Source: an uncultured Verrucomicrobiae bacterium (GTDB lineage: Bacteria; Verrucomicrobiota; Verrucomicrobiia; Limisphaerales; UBA11358). Taken from it: a stretch of DNA of 64,000 bases. Below the pieces are notes generated by a model. That model was not told the DNA's origin, did not search any database, and saw only the letters and a program-made list of their open reading frames with translations. Shown here piece by piece: positions 50,015 to 61,625 of this stretch. The stretch is taken from the NCBI GenBank assembly GCA_963806905.1, contig CAWEAA010000008.1, forward strand, positions 588,336 to 652,335, given 5' to 3'. Numbering within the stretch: the first letter of the stretch is position 1; every line of letters starts with the position of its first letter. A program made the position numbers and the translations under genes.

Positions 50015-51109
50015 TTACGAAATCCAGCCAGCGGCCTGGGCCAGTTTGACCAGCAGATAAGCGATGGCGCCACTCGCGGGCAGCGTCATGACCCAGGCCC
50101 AGAGGATGCGTTCGACCACGTCGAATTTAAGGTGATTGAATCCTTTCGCGCAGCCGACGCCCATGATGGAAGTGGTGACGGCATGCGTGGTGGAAACAGG
50201 CATGCCGAAATGCGCGGCGGTGACGAGTATCGTGGCAGCGGTGGTTTCGGCGGCGAAACCGTGCACAGGATGAAGACGGACCATTTTATGGCCGAGGGTC
50301 TTGATGATTCGCCAGCCGCCCACGGCGGTGCCGGCGCACATGGTCAGGGCGCAGAGGACTTTTATCCAGGCAGCGATCGCCAGCGGTTGTCCTGCCGCCG
50401 GTTCGGCGGTGCGCAAAAAAGACAACCAGCCGGGGAGATGGTCGAACAGGCCGCTGCTGGTGCCGGTCAGCAGTGCCAGGGCGATGATGCCCATGGTTTT
50501 TTGTGCGTCGTTGGTACCGTGGCTGAAACCCATGTAAGCCGAACTGAGGAGCTGCAATTTGCCGAAGGTCCTGTTGACGGTGGCCGTACGCCAGTTGCGC
50601 AATAGAAAATAGAGCAGGCCCATCAACAGAAAGCCGAACACCAATCCGCATACGGGCGAGGAGATCATCGGCACAATGACCTTCCACAGCAGGCCCTTGC
50701 TCAACCACCAATGCTCGGAATTGGGAACGGACCAGACCAGGACATGCCAGTCGTTGCGTGCGGCGGCCAGGCACGCGCCGCACAGGCCGCCGATGAGTGC
50801 ATGCGACGAGCTGGACGGCATCCCGAACCACCACGTCAGCAGGTTCCAAAGAATGGCGGCGACCAGGGCGCAAATCAGGACTTCGGACGTGGCGACTTCT
50901 GGATCCACCAATCCCGAGGCGATGGTGGTGGCGACGGCGGTGCCGGCAAAAGCGCCGACCAGATTGGTAACCGCGGCCAGCATGACAGCCTGACGCGGCG
51001 TCAACACCTTGGTGGCGACGACGGTGGCGATGGAATTGGCCGTGTCGTGAAACCCGTTGATGTAGGTAAAGACCAACGCGGCGAGGATGACGAGAAGGAG
51101 GAGGGTCAT
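50015..51109 (-). CDS. Inorganic phosphate transporter, PiT family
   Basis: YINGFHDTANSIATVV and a second GTNDAQKTMGII half-repeat, the canonical PiT signature pair. Start at MTLLLL (51109). Confidence 0.9.
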   Translation of the reverse strand: MTLLLLVILAALVFTYINGFHDTANSIATVVATKVLTPRQAVMLAAVTNLVGAFAGTAVATTIASGLVDPEVATSEVLICALVAAILWNLLTWWFGMPSSSSHALIGGLCGACLAAARNDWHVLVWSVPNSEHWWLSKGLLWKVIVPMISSPVCGLVFGFLLMGLLYFLLRNWRTATVNRTFGKLQLLSSAYMGFSHGTNDAQKTMGIIALALLTGTSSGLFDHLPGWLSFLRTAEPAAGQPLAIAAWIKVLCALTMCAGTAVGGWRIIKTLGHKMVRLHPVHGFAAETTAATILVTAAHFGMPVSTTHAVTTSIMGVGCAKGFNHLKFDVVERILWAWVMTLPASGAIAYLLVKLAQAAGWIS

Positions 51110-51117
51110 CGCGCCAA

Positions 51118-51747
51118 TCAGGAATTCTTCAGCACGATGTGCATGACTACATTGCCGGCGTCGCGGCAACGGTCAATGACCTTCTCCATCAATTCATAAA
51201 GATCGCGGATGACCATGGCGCGCAGCGCTTCGTAGCGGCCGCTGTAAAGGTCTTTCAGCAGTTCCATCATCAGCCGGTCCGCCTCGTTTTCGAGATACTG
51301 GAGTTTGGTGTTCAACTCGTGGATTTTCTCCAGATGCTTCATATCCCGCAGTTGTTTGACCATGGCCAGCACCACATCGGTGGCCTGTTCCATGATTTCA
51401 ATCTGCCGGTTGAACTCCACGCCCTGGATGTGCTGATGGCCGAGGTTGATGCGTTCCGCCAGTTTCTCGACCGTCTTGGGGATTTTGCGCAGCGCCAGCG
51501 CCAGCGCCTCAATGTCCTCGCGTTCCAGCCCCGTTACGAACGTCTTCACCAGCTCGGCGGTGATTTGTTCCCCGATTTTCTTCTCCTTGCGCCGCGAGAG
51601 CGCGAGGTCGTCGAGCCCTTTGGCGGAATCCGGTGACTTGATCAACTCAATGACCATCCGGACGCTTCCGTGGGCTTCGCTGGCGGCATCTTCCAGCAGT
51701 TGATAGAACCGGTCGGCATTTCCGAAGAGCATTTGGAGCGAAAACAT
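51118..51747 (-). CDS. DUF47-family (PhoU-like) phosphate-transport accessory protein
   Basis: About 209-aa helical protein directly upstream of PiT (8-nt gap). The DUF47 pattern is present (LEREDIEALALAL..., ENEADRL...). The PiT-DUF47 pairing is a common operon. Confidence 0.8.
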   Translation of the reverse strand: MFSLQMLFGNADRFYQLLEDAASEAHGSVRMVIELIKSPDSAKGLDDLALSRRKEKKIGEQITAELVKTFVTGLEREDIEALALALRKIPKTVEKLAERINLGHQHIQGVEFNRQIEIMEQATDVVLAMVKQLRDMKHLEKIHELNTKLQYLENEADRLMMELLKDLYSGRYEALRAMVIRDLYELMEKVIDRCRDAGNVVMHIVLKNS

Positions 51748-51899
51748 GGCGGGGACAGGGTCGTGGAAACGTGCCAAAAGTCCATGAAATTTTATGACGG
51801 GGACTGATTGCCGGGAGCGCGCAAGCAGCCGTCCTTCGGGCCGGGTTGGCAAAATAGATTCGCTGAAAACCTTTTACCGTTGTAAGGTTCGTTCGGTTT

Positions 51900-52595
51900 A
51901 TGGGCATGGCGGACATCAGGCGGGAATACTCGGTTGGCGGTCTGCAGCGCGCGGACCTGGACGCGAATCCGGTCGTGCAGTTCAACCAGTGGTTTGTGCA
52001 GGCGTCGGCGGGCGGCCGCTGGCGAAAAATCGGCATCGCCCTCTATAAACTCTGGCACGCCATACTCGGCCATATGCCGGTGGATGTAAACGCGATGACA
52101 CTGGCGACGGTGAGCAAGGATGGCAGGCCCTCGACTCGCACGGTGTTGCTCAAGGGCGTGGACGAACGCGGCTTCACTTTTTTCACGAACCACGACAGTC
52201 GCAAGGGGCTTGAACTGGCGGAAAATCCCAACGCGGCGTTGACGTTTTACTGGGCGGATTTGGAACGTCAGGTCTGCGTCGCCGGCACGGTCACGAAATT
52301 GTCGCAGGCGGAATCAGAGGCGTATTTCAAAAGCCGGCCGCGCGGCAGCCGCCTTGCTGCATGGGCATCGAACCAGCGCGACGTGGTCGCCGACCGCGCG
52401 GCACTCGACGCGAAGTGGAACGAAATGGCGGCAAAATTTCCCGGTGACGTGCCGTTGCCGCCGAATTGGGGTGGTTACGTGTTGAAGCCGGAGCGCGTCG
52501 AGTTCTGGCAGGGGCGACCAAACCGGTTGCACGACCGTTTTTGCTACACGCGGCAACCGGGCAATTCGTGGAGACTGGAACGGATTGCGCCTTAA
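51900..52595 (+). CDS. pdxH: Pyridoxamine 5'-phosphate oxidase
   Basis: RREYSVGGLQRADLDANPVVQF, MTLATVSKDGRPSTRTVLLKG, RQVCVAGTV and VEFWQGRPNRLHDR are canonical PdxH motifs. Confidence 0.92.
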   Translation: MGMADIRREYSVGGLQRADLDANPVVQFNQWFVQASAGGRWRKIGIALYKLWHAILGHMPVDVNAMTLATVSKDGRPSTRTVLLKGVDERGFTFFTNHDSRKGLELAENPNAALTFYWADLERQVCVAGTVTKLSQAESEAYFKSRPRGSRLAAWASNQRDVVADRAALDAKWNEMAAKFPGDVPLPPNWGGYVLKPERVEFWQGRPNRLHDRFCYTRQPGNSWRLERIAP

Positions 52596-53428
52596 AATTT
52601 GTAAGCCAGGCCGCTGACCAGCTTCACGTCGTTGTCCTTGCGGCCGGGCGCGGGGTCATTGGCAAAATTGTCCTGCACCACCGTCCGCAGGCTGAGTCGC
52701 TTTGTGAGCGCGGCTTCGGCACCCACTTCGGCATTGACGAGATAATTGTCGGGCCGGTCCACCTGTGGCAGGAATTCCACATTTTGCCAGAAGCGCGTGT
52801 GTTCGACCGTTTTGTGTTCGAAACGTTCGGCCAGGCGCAGTGTGGGATAAGTGTGGTATTCGTCGTCCAGTTTTTCATACAAGACGGCGGGGCCGAATTC
52901 GCCCGCCAGCGACGTTTGCTTGTTCTTGACGAAGTAATAGCCGGCGCCGGGGCTGAACGTGAACCGATAAGTCACATCCGAAATGCCATCGTGCAGCGCG
53001 TCCGCGCGCGCGTAGCCGAACCAGCGCTCGTTGAACAGGTGGTTGTATTGGCCGTAACCATGCAAGGTCTCGTTGTTTTCCACCGCATTGTTTTCGCCAT
53101 AAGAACCCTCGAGGCCCAGGGTCCATTCGTTGGTCGGGTTGTTTCGATGGGTCCTGAAACTGCCGGTGGCCAGCACGCTTTCGCTGTTGCCACTGGTCAA
53201 CGTGAGGCCAAAGGCCACAGTGCTTTCCCATGCCGGCTTGTTGGTGGGGATTGCGGCGCCTGGCGTGGCAGGAGTGGCGTTGGCCACCGCGGCCAAAAGC
53301 GCCAGGTCGCCGTTGCTTTCGTTGGCCGATTTGTTGGTTGACACCGTGACGGTTTGATTGGTGTCGCCAGCGCGACCGCACACGGTCAAAGCGGCCAGAA
53401 CGAACAAGGTCAGAATATATTTTTTCAT
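52592..53428 (-). CDS. DUF481-family outer-membrane beta-barrel protein
   Basis: Signal peptide MKKYILTLFVLAALTVCGRA. Alternating beta-strand pattern ending in the aromatic terminus ...VSGLAYKF. DNFANDPAPGRKDND is typical of DUF481/YdiY. Confidence 0.75.
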   Translation of the reverse strand: MKKYILTLFVLAALTVCGRAGDTNQTVTVSTNKSANESNGDLALLAAVANATPATPGAAIPTNKPAWESTVAFGLTLTSGNSESVLATGSFRTHRNNPTNEWTLGLEGSYGENNAVENNETLHGYGQYNHLFNERWFGYARADALHDGISDVTYRFTFSPGAGYYFVKNKQTSLAGEFGPAVLYEKLDDEYHTYPTLRLAERFEHKTVEHTRFWQNVEFLPQVDRPDNYLVNAEVGAEAALTKRLSLRTVVQDNFANDPAPGRKDNDVKLVSGLAYKF

Positions 53429-53561
53429 TTTTTCTTCACGCCGACAAATTGAATTCCGACCGGGGAAACCGATGCAGCGGAAATCCTGACAGCAAACAGC
53501 CCGGAAACAAACTGAGCGTAGCCATTCTAACCCAAATCATCAAGCGGGCAAGTAAACGTTC

Positions 53562-53694
53562 TTGAAAATTATTTCTTTGGTTTGTTTTTGCCGGTGGTGT
53601 CTTCCTTGTCTTCACCAACAACCGGCGCAATGGCCTGAAGTTGGTCACCGGCTTCGAGTTCAATCAGCTTCACGCCCTGCGTGTTGCGGCCGAT
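53562..53694 (-). pseudogene. Orphan diverged copy of the gyrA 3' end (last about 41 codons + stop + about 8 nt of 3' flank)
   Basis: Minus-strand translation IGRNTQGVKLIELEAGDQLQAIAPVVGEDKEDTTGKNKPKK*, versus gyrA GRNTQGVKLIELESGDKLQAIAPVIGEDKEDAASEDEPVK*. About 85% nucleotide identity over the central about 95 nt. TGAAAATTATTTC is shared across both stop codons. No start codon, and not in frame with the adjacent gene. Confidence 0.8.
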
Positions 53695-55031
53695 TATTTC
53701 TTTGGATCCTCGGACGGTCGCCCTTTGTTGTCCCGGCTGGAAAACAAGGTGGTATCGGCCTCCACCATTTCTTCCAACGAGATGAAATCCATGCCTGACG
53801 TGGCCCGTCGGGCTTTGGGTTGAGGCGGTTCGGCCGGAATGGGGTTGGGCGGCGGTGGGGTGGCCGGCGAGGCTGAAGGAGGCGGGGGGGAGGGTGATTT
53901 CTTCGCCGCCATCTTTTTTGTGACCAGGATGGTTTCATCGTCGTCTGGATGATTTTCCTGCTCCTGCACGCGGGCGGTTTCCGCGAGCAACGATTCCCAC
54001 TGGCGTTGCACGGTGCGTTTTGGGGGCGCCCGGAACGGGATCAAGCGGAATTCGCCATCGGTCAACGACAGCAATTGATGAAACGCCTTTTCTCCGACCA
54101 GCTTTCCGGCCGAGGCGTGAACAATGGCGCCATCTTCAATGTAAATCTCGCCAGCGGCCTGGTGGTTCCGAATTTCAAGGATCACGGAGTTGCCGCCCAG
54201 GCATTCCAGTTGGATCACATCGAACAAACCAGTCTCACCCAGGGTGCTGATAAAATCGTTGCCGTCCGACCACCGCAGGACGTTGGTCAGCATGTTGAAA
54301 ATCAGCCTCCACCCGTCCTCGTCACCCGGTTTTAAAAGGAAAAGTTCCGCTCCGTTGGCCAGACAGACTGCCCGGCGGCTTTCGTCGCTTTGTGCGGTCA
54401 AGATGACCTTTTTAATGTTGGGATATTTCTGATGAATAATGCTCAGCAACTGGACGCCGTCCAGCAGCGGCATGCCGATGTCCAGCACGACCAGGTGAAT
54501 CAGCTTATGTTCCAGGATGGCCAGCGCCTTGTCGGCGGATGGGGCTGTATGGATTTCCCAGTTTTTATCTGCCTGGGCGCCAAACAGTTCGTTGATCATC
54601 TCAAGGAAGGCCAGACTGTCATCCACGAAGAGCACGCGATAGGTCTTCAGGCTGTCAGCGGATTCAGTTTTTTTTGCCGGGGCGGGGGAAGAAACACCAG
54701 CCGGTGCCGGGGCGGTTGCCTCGGGCGCTGCCACCGGGGCGGGTTCGGAAATTTCAAGGCGCAACTCCACCAGGCCCAGGCGCAGGGTTTGCCCGGGTTG
54801 CAGGACGGCCTCGGAAATCGTCTCGCCGCCGATGAACGTGCCGTTGGTTGAGCGCAGGTCGCGAACGACCAGTTCGTTGCCGCGCAGCAACACTTCGCAA
54901 TGCTGGTTCGAGACTGACCTTTCAACGATTTGAAACGCATTCTCGTCACCGCGCCCAATCGTGACCCAGCGCCTGCCCAGTTCATGCGACAGACCGGCCA
55001 ATTCCTCACTAATGACCACAAGCCTCGACAT
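53694..55031 (-). CDS. FHA - REC - DUF4388-like signalling protein
   Basis: N-terminal FHA (WVTIGRGDENAFQIVERSVSNQHCEV...STNGTFI). Receiver (VLFVDDSLAF...VVLDIGMPLLDG...LKP). The C-terminal FDVIQLECLGGNSVILEI...GEIYIEDGAIVHA is typical of DUF4388. Pro-rich tail. Confidence 0.8.
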   Translation of the reverse strand: MSRLVVISEELAGLSHELGRRWVTIGRGDENAFQIVERSVSNQHCEVLLRGNELVVRDLRSTNGTFIGGETISEAVLQPGQTLRLGLVELRLEISEPAPVAAPEATAPAPAGVSSPAPAKKTESADSLKTYRVLFVDDSLAFLEMINELFGAQADKNWEIHTAPSADKALAILEHKLIHLVVLDIGMPLLDGVQLLSIIHQKYPNIKKVILTAQSDESRRAVCLANGAELFLLKPGDEDGWRLIFNMLTNVLRWSDGNDFISTLGETGLFDVIQLECLGGNSVILEIRNHQAAGEIYIEDGAIVHASAGKLVGEKAFHQLLSLTDGEFRLIPFRAPPKRTVQRQWESLLAETARVQEQENHPDDDETILVTKKMAAKKSPSPPPPSASPATPPPPNPIPAEPPQPKARRATSGMDFISLEEMVEADTTLFSSRDNKGRPSEDPKK

Positions 55032-55264
55032 ACAAACCCCTGAAATTTTCTGCCAGAGTAGTTATTGTTAAATGCAGCGCGTCAAATCAAAAGTTGCTCT
55101 CAACCAAACAGTTATAAAACTTGTTTCCGATAATGCAGGCTGGTGTTGTAAAACCGGTACCAAGACTTATGCCCCAGCCGCGGCAATACGTAAGCAACGT
55201 CCATGCCGCCGCCGGCCGGTATAGCCGGCTGGAATCAGCTTCACCCGTCGGGAACATTTGAAAA

Positions 55265-57898
55265 TTATTTCACGGGCTCGTCTTCGCTGGCGGCGTCTTC
55301 CTTGTCCTCGCCGATGACCGGCGCGATGGCCTGAAGTTTGTCGCCGGATTCCAGTTCGATGAGTTTCACGCCCTGCGTATTGCGGCCGGCTTCACGGATG
55401 TCCTTCACGAAGGTCCGCACCATCTGGCCCTTGACGGTGATGAGCATGATTTCGTCCGCATCGCGCACGGTCAATGCCCCGACCACGCCGCCGGTCTTGT
55501 CGGTGGTCTTCATCGTGATGATGCCCTTGCCACCGCGGGATTGAGCGCGATATTCCTCGAAGTCGGTTCGCTTGCCGATGCCGTTTTCGCCGGCCACCAG
55601 CAATTTCGCATCCGGCACAACGATGGCCAGCGCGACGACTTCGTCGCCCTTCGACAATTTGATGCCGCGCACACCGGCGGCAGGCCGGCCCATCGGGCGC
55701 GCGTCCTCCTCATTGAAGCGGATGCTCATGCCGTCGCGGGTGATGAGCACGGCTTCGCTCTGGCCGGTCGTCAGCTTCACGTCAATCAGCGTGTCGCCCG
55801 GATCAATGCCGATGGCGATGATGCCGCCTTTGCGGACGTTGGCGAAATCGGCCAGCGCGGTTTTCTTCACCGTGCCCTGCTTGGTCGAGAACAGCACAAA
55901 ACCCGGCTGTTCCCAGGTCACGTCTTCCTTGTTCGTGTTGGTTTTTGACAACACGCGAATCAACGCGGCAATGGTCTCGCCGGTTTTCAGTTCGAGCAGA
56001 TTGGCGATGCTGCGGCCCTTGGCGGCGCGGCCCATGTCGGGAATCTCGTGCACGCGCTCGACGTAAACACGGCCCGTGTTTGTGAAAAACATCAGGTAAT
56101 CGTGCGTGCTGGCGGTGAACAAATGCTCGATGAAATCATGTTCCTCGTCGGTCGCGCCCTCCTTGGTCGTCATGCCGATGACGCCCTTGCCGCCGCGGCG
56201 CTGGGCCCGATACGAACTGACGTTCGTGCGTTTGATGAGGCCATTGTGTGTGAGCGTGATGATGACACCCTCGTTGGCGATGAGGTCTTCGATGTTGATT
56301 TCGCCTTCATCGGGCACGAGGTCGGTCAGGCGCGGCGTGGCATACTTTTCCTTGATGACCTTCAACTCGGCCTTGATGATGGCCAGTACGCGGGCTTCCT
56401 TCGCCAGGATATCCATCAAATCCTCGATGCGCTTGAGCAGTTCCTTGTATTCGCCCTCGACCTTGTCGATTTCCAGGCCGGTCAACTGGTACAGGCGCAG
56501 TTCCAGGATGGCGTCCACCTGCCGTTCGGTCAGCGCGTAACGGCCCTTGGTCAGGCGCGCTTCGTTGCGAATCAAAATGCCCCAGCGCTCGACCTGTTTT
56601 TGGGTCCACTCGAACGCGAGCAATTTGACCTTGGCCTCATCGCGCGTCTTGCTGCCGCGGATGATTTTGATGAAATCGTCGAGGTTCGCCAGCGCGATGA
56701 GATAGCCTTCGAGGATTTCCGCGCGTTCCTCGGCCTTCTTCAACTGGAACCGCGTGCGCCGCAGCACGACTTCGCGCCGATGCTCGATGTAGCAACTGAT
56801 AAGCTCCTTCAGTCCCAGGGTCTTGGGCCGGCCATGATCAATGGCCAGCATGTTGACGGCAAAGCTGCTTTCCAGCGCCGTCTGCTTGTACAGATTGTTG
56901 ATGACGACCTTCGGAATCGCGTCGCGCTTGAGCTCGACGACGACGCGCGTGTTCTCGTCCGACTCGTCGCGAATGGCCGTGATGTCCGTGAAGCCCGTCG
57001 TTTTTTCGTTCACCAATTCGGCGACGCGCTCGACGAGCACCGCGCGGTTGACGTTGTAGGGGATTTCCGTGATGACGATTTGCTCGCGCCCACCCTTGAG
57101 TTGCTCCACGCCGACCTTGCCACGCACCTTGACGCTGCCGCGCCCGCTCGTGAAATATTCTTTGATGACGTCCAGTCCGCACACCATGCAGCCCGTTGGG
57201 AAGTCGGGACCCTTGACGAATTTCATCAGGCCCTTGACCGTGATGTTCGGGTCGTCAATCTGGGCGCAGATGCCGTCAACGATTTCGCCGAGGTTATGCG
57301 GTGGAATGTTGGTGGCCATGCCGACGGCGATGCCCGTGCCGCCGTTGACGATCAAATTCGGGAACGCGGCGGGGAAGACCGTCGGCTCGGTGCGGGTTTC
57401 GTCGTAGTTGGGGACGAAATCCACGGTGTCCTGGTCCATGTCCTCCATCAGCGCGGCGCCGAGATGCGTCATGCGCGCCTCGGTGTAACGCATGGCGGCG
57501 GGCGGATCGCCTTCAACGGAACCAAAGTTGCCCTGGCCATCCACGAGCCGTTCGCGCATGGCCCACGGCTGCGCCATGTGCACGAGTGTCGGATAAATCA
57601 CCGCTTCCCCGTGCGGATGGTAATTGCCGCTGGTGTCGCCGCAAATTTTGGCGCACTTACGATGCTGGCGGTTCGGAAACAGCGAGAGATCGTGCATCGC
57701 CAGCAGGATGCGCCGTTGTGAGGGCTTGAGGCCGTCACGCGCATCCGGCAGGGCGCGCGAAATGATCACGGACATGGAGTAATCGAGAAAGGAATTCTTG
57801 ATTTCCTCGGCCACATTGACCTTGGCAATTTTTTCACCCGAAGCGAACAACGGCGTGTTGATCACCGGCAAATCATTCGATGGTTTGGATTCAGCCAT
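55265..57898 (-). CDS. gyrA: DNA gyrase subunit A
   Basis: 877 aa. FLDYSMSVIISRALPDARDGLKPSQRRIL, GNYHPHGEAVIYPT (QRDR region), the active-site AMRYTE and C-terminal beta-pinwheel repeats. Confidence 0.98.
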   Translation of the reverse strand: MAESKPSNDLPVINTPLFASGEKIAKVNVAEEIKNSFLDYSMSVIISRALPDARDGLKPSQRRILLAMHDLSLFPNRQHRKCAKICGDTSGNYHPHGEAVIYPTLVHMAQPWAMRERLVDGQGNFGSVEGDPPAAMRYTEARMTHLGAALMEDMDQDTVDFVPNYDETRTEPTVFPAAFPNLIVNGGTGIAVGMATNIPPHNLGEIVDGICAQIDDPNITVKGLMKFVKGPDFPTGCMVCGLDVIKEYFTSGRGSVKVRGKVGVEQLKGGREQIVITEIPYNVNRAVLVERVAELVNEKTTGFTDITAIRDESDENTRVVVELKRDAIPKVVINNLYKQTALESSFAVNMLAIDHGRPKTLGLKELISCYIEHRREVVLRRTRFQLKKAEERAEILEGYLIALANLDDFIKIIRGSKTRDEAKVKLLAFEWTQKQVERWGILIRNEARLTKGRYALTERQVDAILELRLYQLTGLEIDKVEGEYKELLKRIEDLMDILAKEARVLAIIKAELKVIKEKYATPRLTDLVPDEGEINIEDLIANEGVIITLTHNGLIKRTNVSSYRAQRRGGKGVIGMTTKEGATDEEHDFIEHLFTASTHDYLMFFTNTGRVYVERVHEIPDMGRAAKGRSIANLLELKTGETIAALIRVLSKTNTNKEDVTWEQPGFVLFSTKQGTVKKTALADFANVRKGGIIAIGIDPGDTLIDVKLTTGQSEAVLITRDGMSIRFNEEDARPMGRPAAGVRGIKLSKGDEVVALAIVVPDAKLLVAGENGIGKRTDFEEYRAQSRGGKGIITMKTTDKTGGVVGALTVRDADEIMLITVKGQMVRTFVKDIREAGRNTQGVKLIELESGDKLQAIAPVIGEDKEDAASEDEPVK

Positions 57899-57919
57899 AA
57901 AAATTCCCGCAAACGAAAA

Positions 57920-60487
<2,568 letters not shown>

Positions 60488-60835
60488 TCAGATGCAAAAA
60501 TTGTATGAAAATGGCCGTTTTTGCACAATGATGAATTCATGATTTTTTGCCCCAAAAACACCATTAGTTGGGCGGGTGTTTAATGGTTGACCGGATATGT
60601 TGTGGCCATGGAAAACCCGCTGAAACCATGATTTTCATGCCAGTCCATGCTTGGAAAAAGCCCGGAATGCCCGCGATTTCTCATGGGTTTGCAGGTCCAA
60701 AACTTGCCACTCGCCGGAGCCATGCTCAATCACGCGCCGGCATCCTCCGTGAAACGCCGCTTCTCCCGCTGGATCACTGCCTGATTCCGTTCATTCGTGA
60801 CAGGTTGCTAATTGACGCCACGCCTTGCCGCTTGA

Positions 60836-60860
60836 CTCTCAACTTTCCACCCTCAACATT
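60836..60860. repeat. Short heptamer array related to 33433-33474 (opposite orientation)
   Basis: The reverse complement reads GTTGAGG GTGGAAA GTTGAGA. It lies 13 nt upstream of the nuclease-gene ATG. Confidence 0.5.
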
Positions 60861-60872
60861 ATTGCTCACGCA

Positions 60873-61625
60873 ATGGCTGAAAACCCTTCAACTCTCGCCG
60901 AACTGCGGAAGCATGTTCCAGACGCCGTGAGGTTTTATTGGCAAACGCGTTCCAAGCAGTTGCAGAAACAACGCGCAGCCGGTGGGTCGGATCAAGGTTT
61001 GCGTTCAGCCGTCACCGGTGGTGCGTAGATGGACGGCTTCATCAAACTCTTGACGCAGCTTGTAATCGAAGCCGGGATTGATCGGGCACATATTTATTAT
61101 CAGGACTCGCTCGAGCTGCCGGGTTACTTCCGACCCAACAAGAAATGGGACTTCATCGTGGTAGTAAAAGGCCAGTTAGTGGCGGCGCTGGAGGCCAAAT
61201 CCCAGGTCGGTCCGTCGTTTGGCAACAATTTCAACAATCGCACCGAAGAAGCTATGGGCAGTGCTTTGGATCTGTGGACGGCCTTCCGCGAAAAAGCCTT
61301 CGGATCGAAGATTCGGCCTTGGATCGGCTACATGTTCCTGCTTGAAGACTGTGCCCCTTCAAACCGCCCTGTCGGCGTCAAAGAACCGCATTTCAAAGTG
61401 TTCCCCGAGTTTCGCGACTCATCCTACGCGAAACGGTATGAATTGTTTTGTCGCCGTCTGGTTTTGGAGCGTCATTACGATGCCGCGTCATTCATGATGT
61501 CGAACGCTGAAAAGGGAGCGAACGGAGAATATTCTGAACCCGCATCCGACCTGACCTTCCAGATGTTTGCCAATTCTTTGGTCGGGCATGTGGCGGCGTT
61601 CTCAGGTCGAATCAAAGAACTATGA
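60873..61625 (+). pseudogene. Type II restriction endonuclease (PD-(D/E)XK core; XhoI-like by recollection) interrupted by one in-frame TAG at 61026-61028
   Basis: The two ORFs are contiguous in one frame: ...LRSAVTGGA-TAG-MDGFIKLL.... The downstream part carries D-x(n)-E-x-K (KKWDFIVVVKGQLVAALEAKSQVGPSFGNNFNNRTEEA). Its stop overlaps the methyltransferase start (ATGA at 61622-61625). Confidence 0.65.

Noticed and set aside
60568-60930. 120-aa plus-strand ORF in the gyrB / R-M intergenic region
   Set aside because: It has no motif and atypical composition, and it overlaps the heptamer repeat and the nuclease start. Treated as spurious.
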